This document shows positions 15,193 through 23,997 of a DNA stretch of 64,000 bases, in pieces. Origin of the DNA: a virus; the IMG/VR virus record IMGVR_UViG_3300040770_000547; one strand, written 5' to 3'. The notes beneath the pieces were generated by a model that searched no databases, was not told the origin of the DNA, and saw only the letters and a list, made by a program, of their open reading frames with translations. The number at the start of each line of letters is the position of its first letter. Position 1 is the first letter of the stretch. A program made the position numbers and the translations under genes.

Positions 15193-15271
15193 GGGGCATT
15201 AGGGCATCAAGGGATTGATGTGATGAGCTGTAACGGAACTCAGCAGGCAGGTTCGATTCCTGTTAGCCTCA
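15193..15271 (+). ncRNA. tRNA-like element lacking a normal anticodon arm
   Basis: GGGGC/GCCTC-A ends, GCAGG-TTCGATT-CCTGT T-arm, two internal hairpins. Confidence 0.5.
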
Positions 15272-15287
15272 CTATTTTAACAACATC

Positions 15288-15585
15288 CAACGCTCAAAGG
15301 AATTAAGAGGGCAGGCGTTATAGTGACCCGCCGAGAATGAATGGTCACTGAATTTCTAAGTAGTAATGGTCATCTTAAGATACCTGAGTAGAGTGAGTAG
15401 TAAGAGTGGTGCCTATATGGTATTTCTGAAATGAACGTAGTAGCTCAAAAAGGCAGATGGACTCAATAGAGAAGATTATTATTGAATTTGCGTGTTCGTT
15501 CAGTCCAGTTTGCATAGCAGGATCGCGCACGTTAAAAACTAAGGTAGGAGCAGTCATCAAGTATGGTGATTGTCTCCCCTTTTTT
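15288..15585 (+). ncRNA. candidate ~300-nt structured RNA ending in a terminator-like hairpin
   Basis: AGTGACC/GGTCACT, GGACT/AGTCC and GGAGCAGTCATCA/TGGTGATTGTCTCC stems. Confidence 0.4.
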
Positions 15586-15612
15586 GTATACTAAGAACTA
15601 ACAACAACTAAC

Positions 15613-16107
15613 ATGGAAGAGTATGTAGATTACCTGAAAGGGAAAATTCAAGAATGCGAGCTGGAAGATATGCACGTATCTGTGTCTGTTTACAAAGAAG
15701 TACTAAATACTTATTTAAGTTTCCTTGATGCCGCCAAGCTGAAAGCATCGTTACATAATAAAGTAGGCATAGTTACAGCAGGCTCAAGACAATTTGGTAA
15801 AGCTGCCAGATTTGCAGAGCTCTATGGTATGATGAAACCTGCAGTTCACATCATGGTGGGCAGCAAAGAGATGCATGACAATATGGAAAAAGCACTTATT
15901 GATGCTGTAGAGCATGTAAAGAATGCACCTATTCAAGGAAGATTTACAGACGCTTTTGAAAAAGAACGCGGTATGAGCATAAACGAGTCCATGGCAAAAG
16001 ACAACAGTATAATGATTACTGCTCTTCCAAAGATGACAAAGCCTCTACTCCCGTTGGATAAATATGGCCAACCGCTTGAATTACCTAAATCCAAATACCA
16101 CAAATAA
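15613..16107 (+). CDS. hypothetical protein
   Basis: Co-oriented ORF, A-rich leader. Confidence 0.78.
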   Translation: MEEYVDYLKGKIQECELEDMHVSVSVYKEVLNTYLSFLDAAKLKASLHNKVGIVTAGSRQFGKAARFAELYGMMKPAVHIMVGSKEMHDNMEKALIDAVEHVKNAPIQGRFTDAFEKERGMSINESMAKDNSIMITALPKMTKPLLPLDKYGQPLELPKSKYHK

Positions 16108-16109
16108 TC

Positions 16110-16328
16110 ATGAACAGCAAATTTATAGGTTACGTAGCAGGGTTGTTGGTAATAGACAGGCAAATGAAAAAATGCTTGGCTGTTGTAAGAACAGCTGGCC
16201 ACCAGAAAAGAACATCAAGCAAGTCTAAGCTGAAGCAGAGTAAGCCGGCGACTAATGCAAATTACAAGAGCACTAAACCGATGAAATCTAAGTCGACCTC
16301 GCAATTTCGAAACAAGTCAAATATCTAA
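16110..16328 (+). CDS. basic hypothetical protein
   Basis: Abuts previous gene; K/S-rich. Confidence 0.65.
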   Translation: MNSKFIGYVAGLLVIDRQMKKCLAVVRTAGHQKRTSSKSKLKQSKPATNANYKSTKPMKSKSTSQFRNKSNI

Positions 16329-16348
16329 CAACAACTAAACTAAGAAAA

Positions 16349-16633
16349 ATGGTAAAGAAAAACACCTCAATTGAATTGGCCGTAGCGCTAATGTTAAAAG
16401 GCATGGCTTATATGTTGTGCATATTAGTTTGTGCAATGTTCCTTCCTTTTATTGTCAGCCTTATCGGAGTGACATTTGTAAAAGAGCTCACATTGGATGA
16501 AGCAGTAAGCTCTCCATTGTTTATCGTTTTCACAGTAATTGGCGGATTTATATCCTTTTTTGTGTTAATGTCAGCTCTTGAAGAACAAACAAAACAAGAG
16601 CGCGCTCAAAGAATCAGTAATTCTATTAAATAG
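16349..16633 (+). CDS. membrane protein
   Basis: Two long hydrophobic segments. Confidence 0.75.
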   Translation: MVKKNTSIELAVALMLKGMAYMLCILVCAMFLPFIVSLIGVTFVKELTLDEAVSSPLFIVFTVIGGFISFFVLMSALEEQTKQERAQRISNSIK

Positions 16634-16699
16634 CATGTAGGAAATTTGTACTAATTTATTATATTCGTAAGTTGCGGTACTAATCGACAAGCAATAACC

Positions 16700-17116
16700 A
16701 TGAAAGAAATAAATAAAGACATTGTAAAAGAAACATCAAATAGGCTGTTGGGATTATGTGAAAACAATCCGGCAGCCTATAAATGTATGATAGAGCTGCT
16801 GTCTTCTAATAGACGTATCGATCCCAGTAACGGTTTTGGACCGTTAGGGGCTGTAGTAACATTACACTCCTCAGGCATAAAAGGCAACAAAATAAATCTG
16901 TTGTTCAACTCAATATGTCAAGGCAACATTGCCAGACTAATAGCCATTTTAAGAGCTGTACAGTTGGGGTTGATCTGTAAAACAGAGGTTCACCAAGCAA
17001 TGTCTATATGTGAAAACTCCAAGGAAGAAGCTCTTGACGTAAGAAACATTTATCATAAAGTCAAAAAATACTTGGCACTCAACTTTGACATAAAGAACGA
17101 GGCCAGGTTCACCTAA
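16700..17116 (+). CDS. hypothetical protein, paralog of 17128-17553
   Basis: Shared IDP...GP...L.S.GI.G and LRA.QLG motifs. Confidence 0.8.
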   Translation: MKEINKDIVKETSNRLLGLCENNPAAYKCMIELLSSNRRIDPSNGFGPLGAVVTLHSSGIKGNKINLLFNSICQGNIARLIAILRAVQLGLICKTEVHQAMSICENSKEEALDVRNIYHKVKKYLALNFDIKNEARFT

Positions 17117-17127
17117 AAACCAAACAA

Positions 17128-17553
17128 ATGGCACACATAGAAAGAATAAACTGGACAGACAGCGTGCCCGATGCGGTAGCTAAAATAGCGGAAGGGAACA
17201 TCGGGGCGGCAGTATGCATTATGGACCTGATGAAACACTCAGAAGAAATAGACCCTTTGAGTTACCTAAAAGTAATAGGACCCGTTATGCTGTTAGACAG
17301 CCTTGGGATATATGGACCAAACGTATGGGTAATATTCAAAGACGTCTGCGAACAGAACCATGCAAGAATGCTCGCAGTGCTGCGTGCCACACAGTTGGGC
17401 ATGCTTTCAAGCGAAGCATTGTTGGAGGTTTCAAACAGGCAGTACAGAAATGAAGGAAAAGTAAAAACAATAGACGTTGCCGAATTATATTTCAAGGTGA
17501 AAGACTTTCTTGAAGACTTCGACCCCAACAACAGGGCCGATTTACATAGATAG
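17128..17553 (+). CDS. hypothetical protein, paralog of 16700-17116
   Basis: EGNIGA...IDP...GP...LDSLGIYG...LRATQLG. Confidence 0.82.
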   Translation: MAHIERINWTDSVPDAVAKIAEGNIGAAVCIMDLMKHSEEIDPLSYLKVIGPVMLLDSLGIYGPNVWVIFKDVCEQNHARMLAVLRATQLGMLSSEALLEVSNRQYRNEGKVKTIDVAELYFKVKDFLEDFDPNNRADLHR

Positions 17554-17591
17554 ACCACAGGGACCTGTAACAAAGCAACTTCCAAAATTAC

Positions 17592-17615
17592 AAGGGTCTT
17601 TAAAAGCCCTTTTTT
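17592..17615 (+). terminator. terminator
   Basis: AAGGGT/GCCCTT stem then T-run. Confidence 0.6.
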
Positions 17616-17635
17616 AATTTAACAACTAACCAACT

Positions 17636-18016
17636 ATGGAAGTAGCAATTAACCATGTGATAGCGATAGCTGAAAAAATCACGAGAATGGAGGTCCTTGG
17701 AGAAGATTCATTAGGCCTTGGAGTACATAAAAATAATTCTGTCCTGTTTGATAAGAAAAACAGAAGCCACTATTTTTATATCGAATACAACAAGAAATTC
17801 AAAACAGCTGTAGTAGCAATATTTATCAAAGAATCTTTAGTGCAGCAAATAGCCATCAAGGCTCATTTCTTAAGAATATCCGGATACGATATTGCAAGCA
17901 GGCTAGAGATCGTAGGCAAAGAAACTATTACTGACGAAGAAATCAGAACAAATTACATCACCCTTCCTCATTTCGTAACACTGAAGGATGAAATCATGAG
18001 AACGTTACAAAAATAA
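17636..18016 (+). CDS. hypothetical protein
   Basis: Co-oriented ORF. Confidence 0.75.
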   Translation: MEVAINHVIAIAEKITRMEVLGEDSLGLGVHKNNSVLFDKKNRSHYFYIEYNKKFKTAVVAIFIKESLVQQIAIKAHFLRISGYDIASRLEIVGKETITDEEIRTNYITLPHFVTLKDEIMRTLQK

Positions 18017-18045
18017 AAGACCAATAAACCCTAACAACAAAAATC

Positions 18046-18288
18046 ATGTTAAAAAACATCAAGAATTCCGGAGCAACTAAAGTATTGACAGTTGTAGTAT
18101 TATTATCATTAGGCAAAGAATCTACTCAAAGAGAGTACAAAATTGCTTTTGCTGAAAATGCAATAGTTGACGAACATGCAGAAGCTGTTAAAGTAGCAAC
18201 GGCTGCTAAGAAAAAGTATACTAGTATTATACGTCTTGGAGGTAACACGTCAGTGTTCACCAGCGTATTGGCAACAACAGAAGTATAA
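18046..18288 (+). CDS. hypothetical protein
   Basis: Co-oriented ORF followed by hairpin 18296-18329. Confidence 0.75.
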   Translation: MLKNIKNSGATKVLTVVVLLSLGKESTQREYKIAFAENAIVDEHAEAVKVATAAKKKYTSIIRLGGNTSVFTSVLATTEV

Positions 18289-18462
18289 TAAAACAAAAAT
18301 CCCCTAAGCAAAGAGCGAAGGGGGTTTTATATAAATCAAGCAGTGAGCCAACGTTAAAGTAAAAGACCAATAATGCTTTAACAACAGTAATGATAAATAA
18401 ACAGAGTAAATAAACAACATTTATTTTAATTACACAAGCGGATCAGCTTAAATCTTACTCCC

Positions 18463-18936
18463 ATGGCTCATATTAATACAGAAAACAAAGTAGATGCCCT
18501 TATTTTATCTAGAAGAGCTAGCCAAAACCAAAATTCACAAAACACTGCAACCTTAAAGGAAGCCTTACATGAATTCATAGGTACAGCTTACATAGTCCAA
18601 AAAGATTGGGGATACGGAGAAATACCGATGTACAAAGAAATGCATAAGATTACAGATATTACAGTAAAAAATGGAGTAGTCTATTTTTTATCAGAGGTAA
18701 TGCTCATAGAAAATGATATCAAGACAGGGCACATCAGTGTGAGTAGAAGCTCCCAGGAAGTGTTACCAGTCGTGTATGAAAAAAGCACAGAGCTCTCAGG
18801 TATATTTTACGAGGAAATAGTTATGTACTATAATAAATCCTTAAGTAAAATGTTCAAAGACTTGAATGACATGATTACAGATCAGCTTGTCATAGGAAGA
18901 CAGAAAAAAGCCATCAAAAACGGAACAGTAAAATAA
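18463..18936 (+). CDS. hypothetical protein
   Basis: Co-oriented ORF. Confidence 0.75.
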   Translation: MAHINTENKVDALILSRRASQNQNSQNTATLKEALHEFIGTAYIVQKDWGYGEIPMYKEMHKITDITVKNGVVYFLSEVMLIENDIKTGHISVSRSSQEVLPVVYEKSTELSGIFYEEIVMYYNKSLSKMFKDLNDMITDQLVIGRQKKAIKNGTVK

Positions 18937-18961
18937 GTCGAAAGACTCTAAAACATACAAC

Positions 18962-19150
18962 ATGCAAGATACTTTAATAGTTATTTTGTCTTTTTTGTTC
19001 TACCCAATTTTCATAGGAGGTATGTTATTTTTATTAAGTTTTCTCATTTCTAAGAATACAAAATCAAGCTTAGAAGAAGGATTTAGATTAACACAAATAA
19101 TGTGGGTAGTGCTAGCAGTAGCAGTACTAATATTTCTATTCAGCTCATGA
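18962..19150 (+). CDS. small 2-TM membrane protein
   Basis: Two hydrophobic segments. Confidence 0.72.
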   Translation: MQDTLIVILSFLFYPIFIGGMLFLLSFLISKNTKSSLEEGFRLTQIMWVVLAVAVLIFLFSS

Positions 19151-19317
19151 TAAAATACGAGTACAAAAAAGAGACGTTAATAGAAAGCACGATAGAAAAT
19201 CGATTAAACGATTTAGGAGGAAAAGGTTGGGAGCTAGTATTGCTTATGCCAATACCACTTAGAGCCAGCCTTGACGCTTTATTTACAGGATATTTTAAAA
19301 GGATCAAAGATTCTTAA
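19147..19317 (+). CDS. DUF4177-like small protein
   Basis: YEYK...LNDLGGKGWELV...YFKR pattern; ATGA overlap with previous gene. Confidence 0.7.
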   Translation: MIKYEYKKETLIESTIENRLNDLGGKGWELVLLMPIPLRASLDALFTGYFKRIKDS

Positions 19318-19363
19318 ACCAAACACAGTTGGGATAGCAATATCCCGTTGTCGTTGTTAGTTC

Positions 19364-19396
19364 AAAAGGGCGGCTAGTTACCGCCCTTTTATTTTT
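19364..19396 (+). terminator. terminator (possibly bidirectional)
   Basis: AAAAGGGCGG/CCGCCCTTTT. Confidence 0.8.
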
Positions 19397-19417
19397 AACC
19401 TATAAACCATAGAAAAA

Positions 19418-19687
19418 ATGGATGCAATTGAATTCAATAAAACTCTTTCTGAAGCTCATTCGATAAGCTCAAAGCTGGAGCACCAGAAAAAAATGCTTAC
19501 TGAATGCCGAAATATGGGCTTCGAAAAGCATACTACTGTTAAATTACTTCACTGTAGTTTGAACTCTATAAATGAAGACGAGTATACAATACTCCAAAGA
19601 AGTTTCGAAAACGTGTTGGCCTTAAGAGTTGACGTGCTGAGAAAACAGCTTAGTAAATTCACAATCAGTAAAGACACAGATGAGTAA
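19418..19687 (+). CDS. hypothetical protein
   Basis: Co-oriented, tightly packed. Confidence 0.75.
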   Translation: MDAIEFNKTLSEAHSISSKLEHQKKMLTECRNMGFEKHTTVKLLHCSLNSINEDEYTILQRSFENVLALRVDVLRKQLSKFTISKDTDE

Positions 19688-19985
19688 TTACAGTCTAATA
19701 GAGCTGCAGTTTTCTGATATAGAGATGATCGATTTCCTTTCAAACCACGGTGTAGTGGTACGAAAAGAAGAACGTCGTTTTGCAGACGAGCACAGCATTC
19801 AAAGACAACATAGAAAGTCAGGTACTAAGATGCCAGAACCAGAATACTTCGAAAAAGAAGTGTTTGTTTTGTATGTCAACAACATAGAGATTCTTTGCGA
19901 TGACGAAGAGTTCGTTTATGATAAAGAGCGTTTACTGCCCATCTTATTTACCAGGCAGTTGAAAAAACAGTTATTAACCCTATAA
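19680..19985 (+). CDS. hypothetical protein
   Basis: Overlaps previous stop. Confidence 0.75.
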   Translation: MSNYSLIELQFSDIEMIDFLSNHGVVVRKEERRFADEHSIQRQHRKSGTKMPEPEYFEKEVFVLYVNNIEILCDDEEFVYDKERLLPILFTRQLKKQLLTL

Positions 19986-19995
19986 TTTTCAGCAA

Positions 19996-20325
19996 ATGAA
20001 ATACAAAGGCATCGTAGGGGCATGGAAGAAGACAGAGGTAAATACGCCTGCTGTTAAGTTACTATCCATAGTCACTGATACAAAAGAAAACACAGAAGTG
20101 ATTGGTCTCATGTTTTTACCCAAGCATGAAATCACCGATAAAGAAAGAGCTACGGCTCAAATGATTGCAGCATCTCATCAAATGTACTCAGCCCTTAAAG
20201 CGCTTGTAGATTTGAAAGAATGGAAAAATGTGCATGGAAAAGACAGCACATACACTCTTAATAGAGACATTGTATGGGCAAAGGCAGAATATGCGCTCGA
20301 GCTGGCTTTAAATTTCAAAAAGTAA
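19996..20325 (+). CDS. hypothetical protein
   Basis: AQMIAASHQMYSALK motif common in phage small proteins. Confidence 0.78.
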   Translation: MKYKGIVGAWKKTEVNTPAVKLLSIVTDTKENTEVIGLMFLPKHEITDKERATAQMIAASHQMYSALKALVDLKEWKNVHGKDSTYTLNRDIVWAKAEYALELALNFKK

Positions 20326-20525
20326 TGGTAGTCGAAGGATTTGCGCTATATTTTTTAATAGGCATGCAATTTATGATCATAGCTACTATGAGCGCTAAAG
20401 GGTACGGTATCTTTCTAGGTATGGTAGCAGCATTGATATCTTGGTTTACTTCTCCATTATTAGTATTATTATTATGTTTATTCCTTGTTCCAGCCCGTAA
20501 AGGGAGTTTCTGGGACGCTGATTAA
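20325..20525 (+). CDS. small membrane protein (start MVVEGF)
   Basis: TAATG overlap; hydrophobic. Confidence 0.65.
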   Translation: MVVEGFALYFLIGMQFMIIATMSAKGYGIFLGMVAALISWFTSPLLVLLLCLFLVPARKGSFWDAD

Positions 20526-20611
20526 GTAAGGACGTCGGTGTGTTAAGGGGTTTTCATACCGATATCCTTTCACAGCAACAAAAGTATTAACAACAACTAA
20601 CAACAACTACC

Positions 20612-21292
20612 ATGGAAAATTCAAAAAAAGACGAGTTTACTCCAATATTATCTGATATCATAAGAATGATGGTAATGACAAGACTAGGGCTTGCAAAAGA
20701 AGAAAATAGACCGATACTTGCAATGAATATATTAACAAAAAATAAAGGCATATCAACAGAAGATCGCTTGTCTTTGTTAATAGCAATGCCTGTAATACTT
20801 GACAAAATAAACAGGACTCTTAGTGATGAATCTATCCAAGATTTAAAAGACGCTATAGAAGAGAGTGGAGAGAGCGCTAAAGACTTCATAAATGAAATGA
20901 TGGTAGAGGAAATAGACGGCAAAGAATTTGTTGAAGCAGCCTTAGCACATAAGAACAGAATCGAAAAATTAGAGGATTTAAGAGGTCGTCTTGTAGATCA
21001 AGCAAAAAAACAAGTAGGAGACCAAGTGACTATATGCCACAAGTTACTTACTAATATGCTTGTTACTTCTGATGGAGTTCAAATGCCTAGTAAAAGCCGT
21101 GACATAGCAGCTGTACCCGAATTAATGGGGCTCAAAGCAACCGTAGTTTCTATAAACAACACAACCCATTCTTACCTATGTGGCGGATGTGCTAATAATC
21201 ACCTGGCAGATGTTAGAATAGCTTTTGAAGACTTTAACATGGAGTTTTATATCGATAATGATTTCATAATAGCTGTAGAAAATGAAGATTAG
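20612..21292 (+). CDS. hypothetical protein
   Basis: 226 aa, A-rich leader. Confidence 0.8.
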   Translation: MENSKKDEFTPILSDIIRMMVMTRLGLAKEENRPILAMNILTKNKGISTEDRLSLLIAMPVILDKINRTLSDESIQDLKDAIEESGESAKDFINEMMVEEIDGKEFVEAALAHKNRIEKLEDLRGRLVDQAKKQVGDQVTICHKLLTNMLVTSDGVQMPSKSRDIAAVPELMGLKATVVSINNTTHSYLCGGCANNHLADVRIAFEDFNMEFYIDNDFIIAVENED

Positions 21293-21677
21293 TAAAATAA
21301 AACCTCGAGAACCTAGCCTCAAATTTTTTCTGGAAGAAGATGGGAAAATAGAAATAGTTCCTCAAGATATTAATGGTATACATAGACTAGCTCAATTTTT
21401 GCTAAACAGATTTGTAAAAAAGCGTTCTTTTGAATCCACTCCTAAAGGAAAATTTGAATTCATCAATGAAATTCTTCAAGACGATCTCAATAAAAATATG
21501 GACATAGAAGACTCAATACCGGCGCTCGCCAGTGCAATTATCAGTGTCTATGATATACGTAAAAATATTGTCAACAACGAGCTCAAAGGAAGAGACCTGA
21601 AACACGTAGAATATGGTATAATGAAGGAGCTAGAAAACGTTTGGAATATGTACAGCAAAAAGATTGTTTCAGCTTAA
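21282..21677 (+). CDS. hypothetical protein
   Basis: Overlaps previous stop. Confidence 0.78.
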   Translation: MKISKIKPREPSLKFFLEEDGKIEIVPQDINGIHRLAQFLLNRFVKKRSFESTPKGKFEFINEILQDDLNKNMDIEDSIPALASAIISVYDIRKNIVNNELKGRDLKHVEYGIMKELENVWNMYSKKIVSA

Positions 21678-21692
21678 TAATCGAACTCAAAA

Positions 21693-21725
21693 GCGGTATA
21701 AGCAAATAAAAACCCATATATTTGC
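21693..21725 (+). promoter_or_regulatory. promoter candidate with TATATTTG -7 box
   Basis: GCGGTATAAG-N8-AACCCA-TATATTTGC; similar to 45087-45117. Confidence 0.5.
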
Positions 21726-21800
21726 AAAAACATATAGAAGGGTATACTTACAAGATACTTTTCTAACTCAAGCTTAACCATTAATCTAAATAAATAAATC

Positions 21801-22688
21801 ATGCAATTAAACCAAGAAGTTATCGTAGTTTTTATCATAGCAGTATCGCTAGCAATGGCCGGAATATTTATTTTGTCTATGTATTTTCAAGCATTCATGA
21901 AAAACAAAAACAGTAAAGAATTTAAAATAAAAGTTGTTTTAAATCCTAAACCGCTTGTAGTAGAAAATGGTATACAAAGACCACCGATTGTAGCAATAAC
22001 GCCAAGCGGTGAGCCCATGGATCCATTTACTGAGCAAGCACAGTCAGACAACTACAACAATTCTCCTGCAATAGATATGACCAGAGGAGGTGTATTTGAA
22101 AATGGACAAGAAGGAATCATAGCTATAGATATTCAAGATGGATACGACAAGTTTAACGATAACGTAAAAAATACTTTCGACAGCTCTCAAGACCTAAACA
22201 TTACTATAAACGAAGATGTCTTTACTTCTAATAATGAAAGTCAAGCGCAAGCTGAGGGTAATGGACTGTTTGAAAAAGATTTTGTAGCTCAACCAGACCT
22301 TACAGAAATAGGCAAAAACTGGGAACAGTTTGATGTTATAGATCGTCTAGGTGCTTTCGAGATGTATTCTCCAACAGCTGACATATTCAAATGGAGGCTT
22401 GATGAAAAAAGCGGTTTAATACTTAAAAGCAATGCTAATTACCTTTCAGAACTGACATGTAGAAACGGCATATTATCTGCTTTGAGTAGACTAAGCAATA
22501 AAAAGTCTAAAAACGATCCTTTAGTTATATCCTTCACACAAGATTTCGGGTACAGAATGCTGCTCAAAGCAGTAAATGGAAAACACCTGGCTTATGGAGA
22601 ATACTTTGACAACGAGGAATCAGTGAAAGAAGCAATAGTTAAAGCTGTAATCATATTAAAAGACAACCAGTTGTTACTGAAAAAATAA
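21801..22688 (+). CDS. membrane-anchored protein with C-terminal tandem DUF1508 (YegP-like) domains
   Basis: N-terminal TM; FKWRLDEKSGLILKSNANY...CRNGI and LLKAVNGKHLAYGEYF...AI. Confidence 0.65.
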   Translation: MQLNQEVIVVFIIAVSLAMAGIFILSMYFQAFMKNKNSKEFKIKVVLNPKPLVVENGIQRPPIVAITPSGEPMDPFTEQAQSDNYNNSPAIDMTRGGVFENGQEGIIAIDIQDGYDKFNDNVKNTFDSSQDLNITINEDVFTSNNESQAQAEGNGLFEKDFVAQPDLTEIGKNWEQFDVIDRLGAFEMYSPTADIFKWRLDEKSGLILKSNANYLSELTCRNGILSALSRLSNKKSKNDPLVISFTQDFGYRMLLKAVNGKHLAYGEYFDNEESVKEAIVKAVIILKDNQLLLKK

Positions 22689-22691
22689 ACT

Positions 22692-22719
22692 AAAGCAGCT
22701 TTAATCAGGCTGCTTTCTT
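22692..22719 (+). terminator. terminator
   Basis: AAAGCAGC/GCTGCTTT. Confidence 0.7.
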
Positions 22720-22743
22720 ATTAACTAACTTTTCCACACCTAC

Positions 22744-22977
22744 ATGGAACCATTCAAACCACGAACTAAGATACTTCTAATAGTTGGAGCATCTAAGATC
22801 ACATTCTCTGGAAACAAAAGAGATGCTCAAATAGCCACACTAGCCAATGGCGCAGAGGTGAGAGCAAATAAGCTATCAACAGCATTCCGATTCAAAGCCG
22901 AAGGATACAGACCTATCGAAATAAGTTTCGACGATATCAGAGCACAAAACTTCAAATTAACACTTCAATCTAAGTAA
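22744..22977 (+). CDS. hypothetical protein
   Basis: Co-oriented, tightly packed. Confidence 0.72.
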   Translation: MEPFKPRTKILLIVGASKITFSGNKRDAQIATLANGAEVRANKLSTAFRFKAEGYRPIEISFDDIRAQNFKLTLQSK

Positions 22978-22978
22978 T

Positions 22979-23185
22979 ATGAGCCATATGATAGAAGGAA
23001 TACAAGTCACAGAAGATCACATAGGGGATCCGGTAACTTACATACCAAACCATGCAAAAGGTGACGTTAATCATTCAGACGTAGAACATGGAACGATATC
23101 ATCGTTCAATGAAAGCTGCCTGTTTGTGAGATACAGATCAGCATGCGGGGAGAGCACTCCGACGAACCTATTAGTATGGGGATAA
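22979..23185 (+). CDS. hypothetical protein
   Basis: Abuts previous gene. Confidence 0.75.
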   Translation: MSHMIEGIQVTEDHIGDPVTYIPNHAKGDVNHSDVEHGTISSFNESCLFVRYRSACGESTPTNLLVWG

Positions 23186-23219
23186 TACCAGCTCAAAAAT
23201 AAAATACAACCTACATCAA

Positions 23220-23492
23220 ATGAACAAAGAAATTATACATCAAGCGGCACAAGCTCACGCAGAAAAATCTTTTATACAACCATTGAACGCTCAAGGAGAA
23301 GTAATGTCTATACCTACTGGGCATACTGTTCCGTACGGCTACAGAAAGCATTGCAAATTGGCTGAAAAACATTTTAAAGCCGGAGTACTTTGGTATCAAG
23401 AACAACAGCTTAAACCAGCTGCAAAGCCTTTGATTAAAAAAGAATCTAAGACGTGGTTCAGTGTAAACTGCTGGCCTCTAAAAAGAAAATAA
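23220..23492 (+). CDS. hypothetical protein
   Basis: FKAGVLW motif typical of flavobacterial phage ORFs. Confidence 0.75.
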   Translation: MNKEIIHQAAQAHAEKSFIQPLNAQGEVMSIPTGHTVPYGYRKHCKLAEKHFKAGVLWYQEQQLKPAAKPLIKKESKTWFSVNCWPLKRK

Positions 23493-23495
23493 TTT

Positions 23496-23792
23496 ATGAA
23501 ATTATACGAAACAGAAAGTCTATCAGAAAAACAAAGAGACAAATTAACCAGCTATTTTAAACTCGCAAAAAAATTAAAAGAATTTCAAAATGGTTGCACT
23601 CCTCTTGTTATGATAGCCCTATTCGGAGAAAAAGAAGGAGACAGATTATGGGTATCTTTTGCAGGCAAATGTGATAGAAACGCTGATATGTGGCTTACTT
23701 ACTTGTGCTCAGAACAAAAAGATATATTCTGGGTACAAATAGTGAAATACGAAAATCTTTGCAAAGGGATAAAAGAATATGGAGAAATATAA
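23496..23792 (+). CDS. hypothetical protein
   Basis: Tightly packed. Confidence 0.75.
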   Translation: MKLYETESLSEKQRDKLTSYFKLAKKLKEFQNGCTPLVMIALFGEKEGDRLWVSFAGKCDRNADMWLTYLCSEQKDIFWVQIVKYENLCKGIKEYGEI

Positions 23793-23804
23793 ACAGACAA
23801 CACT

Positions 23805-23993
23805 ATGTATAATATATCAGCAAGAAGAGCAACTGAGTCAGATTATGGCTTAATCACAAAAGACAACAAACCTTTAGAGTTTGAAACAGAGCAAGGAGCT
23901 AGAAAATGGGCATCGGCTAACATAGAAGCTAAGAAAAGTATGATTGTAAGCTGGTCTATAATAAGAGCAGAAGTAACTAACGCTGACAAGTAA
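23805..23993 (+). CDS. hypothetical protein
   Basis: Tightly packed. Confidence 0.7.
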   Translation: MYNISARRATESDYGLITKDNKPLEFETEQGARKWASANIEAKKSMIVSWSIIRAEVTNADK

Positions 23994-23997
23994 AGTT

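Noticed and set aside
18005-18390. Imperfect ~25-bp direct repeat (ACGTTA..TAAAAGACCAATAA) flanking ORF 18046
   Set aside because: A-rich and short; may be a duplication scar, but too weak to call a mobile element.
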